A DNA stretch of 57,411 nucleotides from Candidatus Wildermuthbacteria bacterium RIFOXYD1_FULL_50_12 (GTDB taxonomy: Bacteria; Patescibacteriota; Minisyncoccia; Minisyncoccales; UBA10102): contig MHUO01000009.1 of the NCBI GenBank assembly GCA_001825035.1, positions 20,754-78,164 on the forward strand. Reading direction: 5' to 3'. Shown one piece after another: positions 17,153 through 26,443 of this stretch. The notes below the pieces were generated by a model, which worked only from the letters and a program-made list of their open reading frames with translations, was not told where the DNA came from and searched no databases. The position numbers and the translations under genes are program-made. Numbering within the stretch: position 1 is the first letter of the stretch; each line of letters opens with the position of its first letter.

Positions 17153-17782
17153 ATGAAAGCTACCGTATACAATCAGGAAGGCAAAGAGGTAGGAGCAATG
17201 GAATTGCCTGCAAGGCTGTTTGGGGTGGAGCTGAACCCCGACCTTGTGCACCAGGTGATGGTGGCTCAGCTTGCCAATGCGCGCCAGATCTCAGCGCACA
17301 CAAAGACGCGGGGAGAAGTTTCGGGCGGAGGCCGAAAGCCCTGGCCTCAAAAACATACGGGGCGAGCACGACACGGCAGTATCCGTTCTCCCATTTGGGT
17401 GGGAGGCGGAGTGGCGCATGGCCCTAGAGCGAATAGGAATTTTACCAAGAAAATAAACAGGAAAATGCGCAGAAAGGCCTTGTGCATGGTGCTTGGGGAA
17501 AAAGCAAAGAAGGACTTTTTGGTATTGCTGGAAGATTTGAAAGTGCGGGGAGGGAAAACCAAGGAATTGGCTTCCTTGTTGCGCAAGCTTCCCTGCGACA
17601 GCAAGCGCACGCTCATTGTTCTCTCCGCAGAGAATCAAGAGCTCATCCGCGCAGGAAACAACCTTGCTTTTGCGCGGACGATGCAGGCACGAGAGCTTAA
17701 TGTGCTGGATGTGCTACAGGCAAAATATCTGGTTATACCAAAAGATTCTCTGCAGGCATTAGAAGAAATGTTCGCAGAATAA
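17153..17782 (+). CDS. rplD: 50S ribosomal protein L4
   Basis: SGGGRKPWPQKHTGRARHGSIRSPIWVGGGVAHGP. Confidence 0.94.
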   Translation: MKATVYNQEGKEVGAMELPARLFGVELNPDLVHQVMVAQLANARQISAHTKTRGEVSGGGRKPWPQKHTGRARHGSIRSPIWVGGGVAHGPRANRNFTKKINRKMRRKALCMVLGEKAKKDFLVLLEDLKVRGGKTKELASLLRKLPCDSKRTLIVLSAENQELIRAGNNLAFARTMQARELNVLDVLQAKYLVIPKDSLQALEEMFAE

Positions 17783-17783
17783 T

Positions 17784-18173
17784 ATGGCCGCATTTAAGAT
17801 TTTCGGAAAACCCAAAAAGGAGAAGGCGGCGCGAAAAACCCAGCAGGTCAAAGCTGTGTCTGCAGAGAAAGTTGTGAGTCGGCCCGCCGTTCCGATCGGA
17901 GATTCACAGTTGGTGAGGCCGCATATTACCGAGAAGGCGACGAGCTTGGCTTCTCAAAATAAGTACGTGTTTGTCGTAAAGACCTCCGCAACGAAAAAAG
18001 AAATTGAAAGAGACGTAGAGCGACGATACGGCGTGAGTGTGGAGAAAACGCGGATTGTTACCGTGCACCCAAAGCGCGTACGATTAGGTAAAACGCGGGG
18101 GGTAAAGAAAGGATATAAAAAGGCGATTGTGCAGATACAAAAAGGACAGAAGATAGAAATATTGCCAACCTAA
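17784..18173 (+). CDS. rplW: 50S ribosomal protein L23 (N-terminally extended)
   Basis: RPHITEKATSL...YVFVVKTSATKKEIERDVE..YGV.V, in the conserved operon position. Confidence 0.9.
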   Translation: MAAFKIFGKPKKEKAARKTQQVKAVSAEKVVSRPAVPIGDSQLVRPHITEKATSLASQNKYVFVVKTSATKKEIERDVERRYGVSVEKTRIVTVHPKRVRLGKTRGVKKGYKKAIVQIQKGQKIEILPT

Positions 18174-18188
18174 TTTTCTTCACTTGAT

Positions 18189-18977
18189 ATGGTGAAAAGT
18201 ATACTTACAAAAAAGGAACCGGAAAAGCGGCTTCTCGCGCGAATTACCAGAACGGGGGGGCGCGGCAATTTGGGCCGCATTACGGTACGGCATCGGGGAG
18301 GAGGGGCTCGGAAGCTCTACCGAAAAGTTACGTTCGGTCAGGTCCAGTTGGGACAAAAAGGGCGGGTGAGTTCTTTTGAATACGATCCAGGGAGAAACGC
18401 ATGGATTATGCTTGTGGAATACCAAGACGGCTCAAAGTATTATATGCTTGCTCCCCATGGCATTCAGGTTGGAGACGAAATTGTGTGCGATGAAAAGGCG
18501 GACGTGCGGCCCGGAAACCGGATGCGCCTGAAAAACATTCCGTCGGGCGAACAAGTGCACAATATTGAGTTGATTCCCGGGCGCGGGGGAGTTTTGGTAC
18601 GCGCCGCGGGCAATTCTGCGAAAGTAAATGCGCACGAGGGGAAATACGCGCAGCTTGTATTCCCTTCAAGCGAAATACGGAAGGTGCTGGGGGAGTCCTT
18701 CGCTTCCATCGGGATAGTGTCCAATCCGGAATTTAAATATGCAAGAGTGAAAAACGCCGGCCGCGCGCGCCTCAAGGGAAGAAGGCCTCATGTACGGGGA
18801 AGCGCCATGAATGCTGCGGATCATCCTCATGGAGGCGGCGAGGGGAGAACACCTATTGGGTTAAAGTACCCGAAAACCCCTTGGGGGAAACCTACGCTGG
18901 GAGTGAAGACGCGCAGGGCAAAAAAATGGACCAACACTTTTATTTTGGCGAGAAGAAAGAAGAAAAGGAAGAAATAA
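18189..18977 (+). CDS. rplB: 50S ribosomal protein L2
   Basis: RHRGGGARKLYR...GRARLKGRRPHVRGSAMNAADHPHGGGEG. Confidence 0.95.
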   Translation: MVKSILTKKEPEKRLLARITRTGGRGNLGRITVRHRGGGARKLYRKVTFGQVQLGQKGRVSSFEYDPGRNAWIMLVEYQDGSKYYMLAPHGIQVGDEIVCDEKADVRPGNRMRLKNIPSGEQVHNIELIPGRGGVLVRAAGNSAKVNAHEGKYAQLVFPSSEIRKVLGESFASIGIVSNPEFKYARVKNAGRARLKGRRPHVRGSAMNAADHPHGGGEGRTPIGLKYPKTPWGKPTLGVKTRRAKKWTNTFILARRKKKRKK

Positions 18978-19022
18978 GAACCTTGCTGCGGCAAGAACCT
19001 TGATTTCTAACGAAATTAAAAT

Positions 19023-19376
19023 ATGGCACGATCGCTTAAAAAAGGGCCGTATATAGATAATCGCTTGATGAAAAAGATTGCGGGAGCTAAGTCCGGCGAC
19101 TCGCCTCGATCTGGCGGAGCGGGCAAGACCGGAGTCAAAACGTGGGCGCGCTCCACAACCATTACCCCTGAAATGGTGGGGTTTTCGTTTGCGGTGCATA
19201 ATGGCAAGGCCTTTGTGCAGGTGCAGGCAACCGAAGAGATGGTGGGACACAAATTGGGAGAATTCTCGCCAACGACGAAGTTTTCCAGACATGGAGGAAG
19301 AATGCAAAGAGAAATAGAGCAGGGGCAAGCCCAGACCCAACCTCAGGCGGGGAGGGCTCGCGTAGAAAAGAAATAA
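19023..19376 (+). CDS. rpsS: 30S ribosomal protein S19 (with an internal insertion and a C-terminal extension)
   Basis: [12 protein letters not shown]...[10 protein letters not shown]...[13 protein letters not shown]. Confidence 0.93.
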   Translation: MARSLKKGPYIDNRLMKKIAGAKSGDSPRSGGAGKTGVKTWARSTTITPEMVGFSFAVHNGKAFVQVQATEEMVGHKLGEFSPTTKFSRHGGRMQREIEQGQAQTQPQAGRARVEKK

Positions 19377-19383
19377 AGAGAGC

Positions 19384-19920
19384 ATGAAGTCCAAGGCAAC
19401 ATTGAGAAATTTGAGAATTGCGCCCAGGAAAGTACGGCTTGTTGCGGATTTGATACGTGGGAAAAAGGCGAATGAAGCAGCTACGATTTTGCGTTTGTGC
19501 ACAAGGAGCGCGGCAGAGCCATTGAGAAAGATGCTTCGCTCGGCTCTTGCTTCGGCGGCTTACAATTCCCAGATGCTCGCGACCAATGAGGAGAATTTTA
19601 TCGTTTCGCAAATCCAAGTGGCGGAGGGGGCGAAACTCAAACGATATCGGCCCCGCGCGAGAGGACGTGCCTACCCTATTCAAAAAAAGACCTCTCATAT
19701 TACTCTGATTCTCGACGAAATCGTTCCGAGCGCAGAGGGCAAAACGAGGTCTCAAAAGAGCGCGAAAAAAGGATACGAAGAAACGCAAAAAGAACAGCAA
19801 GCAGAGGCAGAAGCGGTTCGGACGGGGCAGGGCAAACCGAAGTTCAGGCCGGCTAAAGAGATGAAACTGGCAAAGAGAGAGACGGGCGTGAAGCGATTCT
19901 TTAGAAGGAAGGCAGTGTAA
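19384..19920 (+). CDS. rplV: 50S ribosomal protein L22 (K/E-rich C-terminal extension)
   Basis: LRIAPRKVRLVADLIRGKK, in the conserved operon position. Confidence 0.92.
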   Translation: MKSKATLRNLRIAPRKVRLVADLIRGKKANEAATILRLCTRSAAEPLRKMLRSALASAAYNSQMLATNEENFIVSQIQVAEGAKLKRYRPRARGRAYPIQKKTSHITLILDEIVPSAEGKTRSQKSAKKGYEETQKEQQAEAEAVRTGQGKPKFRPAKEMKLAKRETGVKRFFRRKAV

Positions 19921-19926
19921 AAGTAT

Positions 19927-20601
19927 ATGGCGCACAAAGTGCATCCAAAAGTATTTCGCATAAAGGAGACGGCAGATTGGCAATCTCGATGGTTTGAAAA
20001 AACCGCGTATCAAGAGGCATTGCGCGAGGATTTTTTGATTCGTTCCTACATAGAAAAGAATGCAAAAGATGCGGGCATTGCGAGCATTGAGATTGAACGT
20101 TTCGCGGGGAATATTTCCATTATTATCAACACGTCCAGACCCGGCCTGCTTATCGGCCGCGGGGGGTCAGGCATTGAAGAGTTGCGGAAAGCCATTGTAA
20201 AAATTTTGGAAAGCGATAAAAAAAGGAGGTATCGGGTAATCAAAGATACCCGAAAAAGAGAAATTCGGCTGGAGATCCGCGAGGTGAAAAATCCTTGGAA
20301 TTCGGCTTCCCTGACCGCTCAATGGATTGCCCAGCAGCTTGAGAAGAGAATGCCTTACCGGCGCGCAATGAAGCAAGCGCTTGCGAAAGTAATGGCGAAT
20401 AAAGGGATCGAGGGGGCGAAACTTGAAATATCCGGACGGCTCGGCGGGGCGGATATTGCGCGGAGAGAGACGCTGAAGGTGGGCCGACTGCCCCTCCAGA
20501 CATTGCGGGCGCAGATTGATTACGCTCTGCGGGAAGCCAAAACTACATACGGAATGATCGGAGTAAAAGTATGGATGTACAAAGGCGAGAAATTTGACTA
20601 A
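19927..20601 (+). CDS. rpsC: 30S ribosomal protein S3
   Basis: MAHKVHPKVFRI...KH domain GLLIGRGGSGIEELR...GRLGGADIAR. Confidence 0.95.
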   Translation: MAHKVHPKVFRIKETADWQSRWFEKTAYQEALREDFLIRSYIEKNAKDAGIASIEIERFAGNISIIINTSRPGLLIGRGGSGIEELRKAIVKILESDKKRRYRVIKDTRKREIRLEIREVKNPWNSASLTAQWIAQQLEKRMPYRRAMKQALAKVMANKGIEGAKLEISGRLGGADIARRETLKVGRLPLQTLRAQIDYALREAKTTYGMIGVKVWMYKGEKFD

Positions 20602-20625
20602 TCCTTCGATAAACTCAGGACACGT

Positions 20626-21036
20626 ATGTTGACTCCAAAGAAAGTAAAACATAGAAAATGGATGAAGGGACGATCCCGAGGAAAGGGAACGGAAGCGCGG
20701 GGAACGGAAGTTTCGTTCGGTGCTTACGGCTTGAAGGCGGAGGGGAACAAGTGGGTGACGGCCCGCCAGCTGGAAGCCGGGAGGCGGGCGATTATCCGGT
20801 ATTTGCGCAAAGGAGGAAGGATGTGGATCCGTGTATTTCCCGATAAACCCGTCACAAAAAAAGGATCGGAAGTGCCTATGGGCGGCGGTAAGGGAAGCGT
20901 GGATCATTACGCCTTTCCCGTAAAACCCGGAAGAATGATTTTTGAGGTGGACGGTCTAAAAGAAGATGTGGCGAGAGAAGCGCTGCACAAGGCGGCGGCA
21001 AAGCTTCCCGTTAAAACGAGATTCGTAAAACGGTAA
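20626..21036 (+). CDS. rplP: 50S ribosomal protein L16
   Basis: MLTPKKVKHRKWMKGR...RMGGGKGSVDHY. Confidence 0.95.
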   Translation: MLTPKKVKHRKWMKGRSRGKGTEARGTEVSFGAYGLKAEGNKWVTARQLEAGRRAIIRYLRKGGRMWIRVFPDKPVTKKGSEVPMGGGKGSVDHYAFPVKPGRMIFEVDGLKEDVAREALHKAAAKLPVKTRFVKR

Positions 21037-21041
21037 ATACT

Positions 21042-21230
21042 ATGGAGACATCTGCGTTGCGAAAGAAAACCCTGACAGAATTGCGGACGATGGTGCAAGA
21101 AGAACGTGCGAAGCTCCACCAGCTGAAGTTTGACTTGCCGTCTGGCAAAGTGAAAAATGTGCGGGGCATCCGCGAAATACGAAGGAATATCGCAAGGATT
21201 CTCACGGTAATGAACCAGAAACAGCAATAA
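21042..21230 (+). CDS. rpmC: 50S ribosomal protein L29
   Basis: 62 aa. LRKKTLTEL...L.QLKF pattern, in the operon position between L16 and S17. Confidence 0.88.
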   Translation: METSALRKKTLTELRTMVQEERAKLHQLKFDLPSGKVKNVRGIREIRRNIARILTVMNQKQQ

Positions 21231-21234
21231 CATT

Positions 21235-21468
21235 ATGCCTAAAAGACGACTTATAGGAATAGTGGTTTCAGACAAAATGGAAAAAACCCGCGTGGTGGAG
21301 GTTTCCAGATTCAAACAGCATCCCAAATATCTGCGGAGAGTTCGGATACACGAAAATTACAAAGCACACGACGAAAAAGGAGAATACCATGTGGGGGATA
21401 AAGTCGTTATTGAAGAAAGCAGGCCAATTTCCAGAGATAAGCGGTGGGTGGTGATAGGAAAATTATGA
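21235..21468 (+). CDS. rpsQ: 30S ribosomal protein S17
   Basis: [16 protein letters not shown]...HPKY.R.....Y.AHDE...GD.V.I.E.RPIS..K.W. Confidence 0.92.
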   Translation: MPKRRLIGIVVSDKMEKTRVVEVSRFKQHPKYLRRVRIHENYKAHDEKGEYHVGDKVVIEESRPISRDKRWVVIGKL

Positions 21469-21833
21469 TTCAGCTGAGAACCCGTCTAAAAGTTGCAGAT
21501 AACACCGGTGCTAAAGTGATTGAATGCTTTCATGTATTGGGAGGCACGCGCAAGCGTTATGCGCAGATTGGCGACGTGATCGTGGCCGCCGTAAAAGTTG
21601 CCGAGCCCCGGCGAATAGTGAAGAAACACGAAGTTGTCCGCGCAGTTGTGGTGCGTCAAAAAAGGCCTTACCGGAGGAACGACGGTTCCTACATCGCGTT
21701 TAGCGAAAATGCGGCGGTTCTGCTGGAAAAAGAGAAAGAGCCCAAGGGCGGGAGGATATTTGGCCCGATTCCGCGGGAGATACGAGAAAAAGGGTTTACC
21801 AAGATTGCGGCATTGGCGCCGGAACTTTTATGA
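21465..21833 (+). CDS. rplN: 50S ribosomal protein L14
   Basis: [17 protein letters not shown]...[10 protein letters not shown]. Its ATG overlaps the rpsQ stop. Confidence 0.95.
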   Translation: MIQLRTRLKVADNTGAKVIECFHVLGGTRKRYAQIGDVIVAAVKVAEPRRIVKKHEVVRAVVVRQKRPYRRNDGSYIAFSENAAVLLEKEKEPKGGRIFGPIPREIREKGFTKIAALAPELL

Positions 21834-22135
21834 AAATAAAGAAAGGCGACAACGTAGTGGTGATTTCGGGGAAAGATAGAGGGAAAAAGGGAAAGGTTTT
21901 GACGGCCCTTCCGAGAGAAAGGAAACTTGCAGTAGAAGGCGTGAATATGCGCAAAAAACATGTGCGCGCAAAGCGGGCGGGACAAAAAGGACAAATTGTT
22001 CAAATGCCGGGAGTGTTTTCTGTGTCTGCTGTTATGTTGGTATGCGCCAAGTGTGGAAAAGGAGTGCGGGCGGGATACAAGGTCCAAGGAGGTAAGAAAA
22101 TAAGGATATGCAAGAAGTGCGGAGCAGGAATATGA
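21830..22135 (+). CDS. rplX: 50S ribosomal protein L24
   Basis: [23 protein letters not shown] (KOW motif). ATGA overlap with rplN. Confidence 0.92.
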   Translation: MKIKKGDNVVVISGKDRGKKGKVLTALPRERKLAVEGVNMRKKHVRAKRAGQKGQIVQMPGVFSVSAVMLVCAKCGKGVRAGYKVQGGKKIRICKKCGAGI

Positions 22136-22692
22136 GAACGATGCGGGAAAAATATGCAAAAGATGTGGTGCCTGCCATGATAAAGAAATTCGGATATAAA
22201 AGCGTGATGGCTGTTCCGCGCCCGGAGAAGGTCGTGTTGAATACGGGGTTTGGGAAATTGATCGCCGCAAGGACCGAAGACGAACAGCGCAAGACCTTAG
22301 AAGCAATCGGGAAGGATATGTCCGATATTGCGGGTCAGCGCATTTCTTTAACTCGCGCGAAACGTTCTATTGCCGGATTCAAGATTCGCGAGGGAATGCC
22401 CGTGGGAGCGAAGGTAACGCTGCGGGGCGCCAGAATGTACGAGTTTCTTGATCGCTTGATCCACGTAGTGCTTCCGCGCTCAAGGGACTTTCGGGGACTT
22501 CCCGTTTCTAGCGTGGACGAGAAAGGGAATATGGCAGTCGGCATTCGGGAACACATTTTCTTTTCTGAAATTTCCCCGGAAAAAGTAAAAGATATTTTTG
22601 GTTTGCAGGTTACGATTGCGACAACCGCAAAGTCAAAGGAGAAAGGTTTGGAGTTATTCCGTTTATTGGGATTTCCCATTCGCGGCAAATAA
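22132..22692 (+). CDS. rplE: 50S ribosomal protein L5
   Basis: VPRPEKVVLNTG...GMPVGAKVTLRG..MYEFLDRL..V.LPR.RDFRG. Confidence 0.95.
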   Translation: MRTMREKYAKDVVPAMIKKFGYKSVMAVPRPEKVVLNTGFGKLIAARTEDEQRKTLEAIGKDMSDIAGQRISLTRAKRSIAGFKIREGMPVGAKVTLRGARMYEFLDRLIHVVLPRSRDFRGLPVSSVDEKGNMAVGIREHIFFSEISPEKVKDIFGLQVTIATTAKSKEKGLELFRLLGFPIRGK

Positions 22693-22707
22693 TCGCGATA
22701 TACGTAT

Positions 22708-22893
22708 ATGGCAAGCAAGGCGCATATTTCCAAGGCGAACAAAAAGTCAAAGTTTTCAACCCGGATTACCAACCGCTGTTTTCGCTGCGGAAGAAAGCGC
22801 GGGTATATGAGGGATTTTGACTTATGCCGTATTTGCTTCCGGGAATTAGCAAACCAAGGCCTCATCCCGGGAATTAAGAAATCAAGCTGGTAG
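22708..22893 (+). CDS. rpsN: 30S ribosomal protein S14, zinc-binding type Z
   Basis: 61 aa with [10 protein letters not shown]...CRICFRE (CxxC...CxxC). Confidence 0.93.
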   Translation: MASKAHISKANKKSKFSTRITNRCFRCGRKRGYMRDFDLCRICFRELANQGLIPGIKKSSW

Positions 22894-22900
22894 CAATTCT

Positions 22901-23290
22901 ATGACAGACCCCATAGCAGACATGCTTAATCGTTTGGTAAACGCTCAGGCCGCGGAGAAGGAAACGGTGGAAATTCCGTTTTCGCAGCTGACTTACGCGC
23001 TCGCGAAAATTTTGGAAAAGACAGATTTTGTGAAAAGCGCGGATTTCAAGGGAAGAAGGAATAAAAAAATCATTGAGATTGAATTGGGCTACGAGGATGG
23101 AATTCCCCGAGTTCGCGGAGCCAAACGTATTTCCAAGCCCGGACAGCGGGTATATGCGTCTTTCCAGAAGATGCCGCGCACAAAAGGCGAGCAACGGATT
23201 GCCATTGTTTCCACATCCAAGGGCATAATGACCAACGAGGAAGCGCGGAAAGAAAAGGTTGGAGGAGAGGTATTGTGCGAGATCTGGTAG
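22901..23290 (+). CDS. rpsH: 30S ribosomal protein S8
   Basis: MTDPIADMLNRLVNA...STSKGIMTNEEARKEKVGGEVLCEIW. Confidence 0.95.
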   Translation: MTDPIADMLNRLVNAQAAEKETVEIPFSQLTYALAKILEKTDFVKSADFKGRRNKKIIEIELGYEDGIPRVRGAKRISKPGQRVYASFQKMPRTKGEQRIAIVSTSKGIMTNEEARKEKVGGEVLCEIW

Positions 23291-23306
23291 TTCGACTACG
23301 CTCACT
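23285..23306 (+). repeat. 22-nt motif TGGTAGTTCGACTACGCTCACT, copy 2
   Basis: Spans the rpsH stop. 21 of 22 nt identical to 12377-12398. Confidence 0.6.
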
Positions 23307-23316
23307 CTGAATACTT

Positions 23317-23871
23317 ATGAGCAGAATAGGGAAAAAACCAATTGAAATACCTTCGGGAGTAAACGTGCAGGTAGAGGGCAGACGGGTGCGTGTTGCGGGG
23401 CCCAAGGGTGAACTCTCCCGTGAATTTCGACCGGAAATTGCTATTGTGCAGAAAGACGGCAGTTTGGTCGTGAGCCCAACGCAGGATTCCAGATTGGCAA
23501 AATCTCTATGGGGTTTGACGCGCACGCTGATTTCCAATATGATTCACGGGGTATCTCAAGGATATGAGAAGCGCCTGGAAATTGAGGGAGTGGGATATCG
23601 GGCTGCCGTGGAAGGCAATTCGCTCGTATTGAATGTTGGGTTCAGCTATCCCGTGAAGCTCGAGCCGCCCGAGCACACGACTGTTGCCGTTGACAAAAAC
23701 GTGATTATTGTGCGTGGAATTGACAAGGAGAAGGTGGGAAGATTTGCCGCAACCGTAAGAAAGGTGCGCGAGCCCGAGCCTTACAAAGGGAAAGGCATTC
23801 GTTACGAAGGTGAGGTTATCCGTCGAAAACTCGGAAAGAAAGCGGCAACCGCCGCGGGAGCCGGAAAATAA
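23317..23871 (+). CDS. rplF: 50S ribosomal protein L6
   Basis: MSRIGKKPIEIPSGV...EPYKGKGIRYEGE. Confidence 0.95.
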   Translation: MSRIGKKPIEIPSGVNVQVEGRRVRVAGPKGELSREFRPEIAIVQKDGSLVVSPTQDSRLAKSLWGLTRTLISNMIHGVSQGYEKRLEIEGVGYRAAVEGNSLVLNVGFSYPVKLEPPEHTTVAVDKNVIIVRGIDKEKVGRFAATVRKVREPEPYKGKGIRYEGEVIRRKLGKKAATAAGAGK

Positions 23872-23872
23872 T

Positions 23873-24223
23873 ATGATTGGCGCAACGCGAAAAGACAAAA
23901 GAATGCAGCGCAAGAAAAGGATACGCGCGAAAATCTCGGGAACTTCAGAAAGACCCCGTCTGTCAATATTCCGTTCGCACAAGCACTTTTACGTTCAGCT
24001 TGTAGACGACACAAAAGGCGCGGTGCTTGCTTCTTTTTCGGATCGGGAGCTTGACGCGAAGGCAAAAAAAGGAGAAATCGCAAAGGAGATTGGCAGGCGC
24101 CTCGCGCAGAAAGCCAAGGAACAAAAAATTGAAGCCATCGTGTTCGACAGAAGCGGTTACAAGTATCATGGGCATGTAAAAGCATTGGCAGAAGAAATGC
24201 GTGCGCAGGGAATTGCGTTTTAA
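23873..24223 (+). CDS. rplR: 50S ribosomal protein L18
   Basis: RPRLSIFRSHKHFYVQLVDD...FDRSGYKYHGHVKALAE..R..G. Confidence 0.94.
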   Translation: MIGATRKDKRMQRKKRIRAKISGTSERPRLSIFRSHKHFYVQLVDDTKGAVLASFSDRELDAKAKKGEIAKEIGRRLAQKAKEQKIEAIVFDRSGYKYHGHVKALAEEMRAQGIAF

Positions 24224-24224
24224 T

Positions 24225-24767
24225 ATGGCACCAGAATATCAACAATATAGACAACAGTTTTCAGGCCCCCGCAGAGGTGGGAAGAGATCACACGCAAGGC
24301 AGGAGTCAGATGCGCGACTCCTTGATTTGGCGCGCGTTACGCGAGTGGCCGCGGGAGGTCGTCGTTTTCGCTTCCGCGCAGTTGTCATTTACGGCGACAA
24401 GAAAGGAACCGTGGGCGTGGGCGTGGCGAAAGGATCCGATGTCGCTCAAGCAATAGAAAAGGCAACACGTCAAGCCAAGAAGGGCGCGATTACCGTGCCC
24501 ATTCATCAGGGAACGATTCCTCATGCGGTGGAAGCAAAGTTTAGCGCGTCCAAAGTATTGCTGCGCCCTCAGCGAGCCGGAAGAGGGCTGGTTGCGGGAG
24601 GCCCCATTCGTATCATCTGCGAATTTGCGGGAATTCAGAATATATCGGGAAAATTTGTTTCAAAAACGCACAATAAGCTGAACAACGCTTTAGCGACAAT
24701 GGAAGCCCTTAAGAAGCTTAAAGCTCCAGCAAAACATGCAAATACATCAGATACAACCCAAGCATAA
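24225..24767 (+). CDS. rpsE: 30S ribosomal protein S5
   Basis: RVTRVAAGGRRFRFRAVVIYGDKKGTVGVGVAKG..V..AI.KA. Confidence 0.94.
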   Translation: MAPEYQQYRQQFSGPRRGGKRSHARQESDARLLDLARVTRVAAGGRRFRFRAVVIYGDKKGTVGVGVAKGSDVAQAIEKATRQAKKGAITVPIHQGTIPHAVEAKFSASKVLLRPQRAGRGLVAGGPIRIICEFAGIQNISGKFVSKTHNKLNNALATMEALKKLKAPAKHANTSDTTQA

Positions 24768-25164
24768 ACAGCGCAGGTCGCGTCGGATTGGCCGCGGCGG
24801 AAAACGAGGCACGTATTCCGGGCGCGGAATAAAGGGCCAGAGAGCGCGTGCGGGCAGGAGAATGCAGCCGCGCGTGCGCGAGCTGTTTAAGCGCTATCCC
24901 AAATTGCGCGGATATCGGAGAGCCGCAAGTACTAAGCCCTTGGTGGTGAATCTTACGCAATTGGAAAAGTATTTTGAAAAGGGAGAAACGATAAATCCCG
25001 TTACGTTGGCACAAAAGAAAATCGCAGGTACAATAAAGGGAAAGGCGCGCGGTATCAAAATCTTGGGCATGGGGGAGTTGCATAAGGCGTTGACGATTGA
25101 GAACTGTGCCGTGTCCAAGAGTGCGAAAGAGAAAATTGAGAAAGCGGGCGGCACCGTGAAATAA
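24736..25164 (+). CDS. rplO: 50S ribosomal protein L15
   Basis: RRIGRGGKRGTYSGRGIKGQRARAG. Overlaps the rpsE 3' end by 32 nt, leaving no room for an L30 gene. Confidence 0.9.
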   Translation: MQIHQIQPKHKQRRSRRIGRGGKRGTYSGRGIKGQRARAGRRMQPRVRELFKRYPKLRGYRRAASTKPLVVNLTQLEKYFEKGETINPVTLAQKKIAGTIKGKARGIKILGMGELHKALTIENCAVSKSAKEKIEKAGGTVK

Positions 25165-25165
25165 A

Positions 25166-26443
25166 ATGTTCCAGAAGCTTCTTTCCATATTCAAGATTAC
25201 AGATCTTCGCAATAAGATTTTATTTGTGTTGGGCGTGTTTGTGGTTTTCCGCGTGATGGCAAATATTCCTATCCCTGGCATAGACGCCTCCCGTCTCCAT
25301 GAATTCTTTGAGGGCAATCAGCTGTTCGGCTTGCTTAATCTCTTTACGGGAGGCGCGCTGGACAATCTGTCTCTCGTCATGCTTGGATTGGGCCCCTATA
25401 TTACCGCCGTCATCGTGCTGCAGCTGCTTACCATGATTTTTCCTGCTTTTGAGCGAATGTACAAAGAGGAAGGCGAGGCCGGCCGACAAAAATTTAATCA
25501 GTATGGAAGAATGCTTGCCGTTCCTTTCGCGCTTGTGCAGGGATACGCATTTCTCACTCTTCTTTCTCGGCAGGGCATTATTGACCGTTTGGCTCCTTTG
25601 GAATACGTTACCGCGCTCGGGACAGTGATCGCCGGAACCTTGTTTTTAATGTGGCTGGGTGAATTGATTACGGAAAAGGGGATCGGCAACGGAGTGTCGC
25701 TTCTGATTTTTGCGGGTATCGTGGCGGAATTCCCCTTGAACGCACGCCAGATGTTTGTGGATTGGGATCCGACGCGCACCCTCCCCATTGCGTCGTTTTT
25801 CCTTATGGCTTTTCTCATCGTCGCGGGCGTTGTGTTTGTGACGGAGGCGCGCCGCAATATTCCCGTGTCATACGCCAAGCGCGTGCGCGGGAACAAAATG
25901 TACGGGGGCAGTTCAACGTATCTTCCCTTGAGCGTAAACCCGGCGGGCGTTATTCCCATTATTTTCGCGCTTTCGCTTCTTTTGTTTCCCGGAATGATTG
26001 CGAATTTCTTTCTGGGAGCAGACGGGATTATAGGGAGTGTCGCGCGTTTTGTTGTGACGTACTTTGATCCTTCTGGCTGGGGATATATCGTGGCGTATTT
26101 CTTACTCGTGGGGGTTTTTACCTTTTTCTATACGGCGGTAACTTTTGACCCAAAGTCCATTTCCACAAACCTTCAAAAAATGGGCGGGTTCGTGCCCGGC
26201 GTGCGGCCCGGCAGCTCCACGGCAGAGCACATTTCTTATATCTTAAATCGCATTCTGCTCATTGGCGCCCTGTTTTTGGGCACGGTTGCTGTTATGCCAT
26301 TTTTGGTGCAATTCGTTACGGAGGTTACGGCGTTCCAATTTCTACTTGGTGGTACAGCTCTTTTGATTATGGTAACCGTGGCCTTGGAAACCATGCGGCA
26401 AATCCGCGCTCAATTGCAGATGAGGGACTATGACACCTTTTAA
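25166..26443 (+). CDS. secY: preprotein translocase subunit SecY
   Basis: 425 aa with 10 TM segments. LGLGPYITAVIVLQLL...GELITEKGIGNGVSLLIFAGI. Confidence 0.95.
   Translation: MFQKLLSIFKITDLRNKILFVLGVFVVFRVMANIPIPGIDASRLHEFFEGNQLFGLLNLFTGGALDNLSLVMLGLGPYITAVIVLQLLTMIFPAFERMYKEEGEAGRQKFNQYGRMLAVPFALVQGYAFLTLLSRQGIIDRLAPLEYVTALGTVIAGTLFLMWLGELITEKGIGNGVSLLIFAGIVAEFPLNARQMFVDWDPTRTLPIASFFLMAFLIVAGVVFVTEARRNIPVSYAKRVRGNKMYGGSSTYLPLSVNPAGVIPIIFALSLLLFPGMIANFFLGADGIIGSVARFVVTYFDPSGWGYIVAYFLLVGVFTFFYTAVTFDPKSISTNLQKMGGFVPGVRPGSSTAEHISYILNRILLIGALFLGTVAVMPFLVQFVTEVTAFQFLLGGTALLIMVTVALETMRQIRAQLQMRDYDTF

Noticed and set aside
19162-20013. Several long antisense ORFs inside conserved genes: 19162-20013 (283 aa), 21689-22306 (205 aa), 20167-20907 (246 aa), 52743-53666 (307 aa), 27146-27943 (265 aa) and 1879-2604 (241 aa).
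   Set aside because: Each overlaps strongly conserved plus-strand genes (ribosomal proteins, proS and mreB, map, the fibre paralog). None has a recognisable motif.
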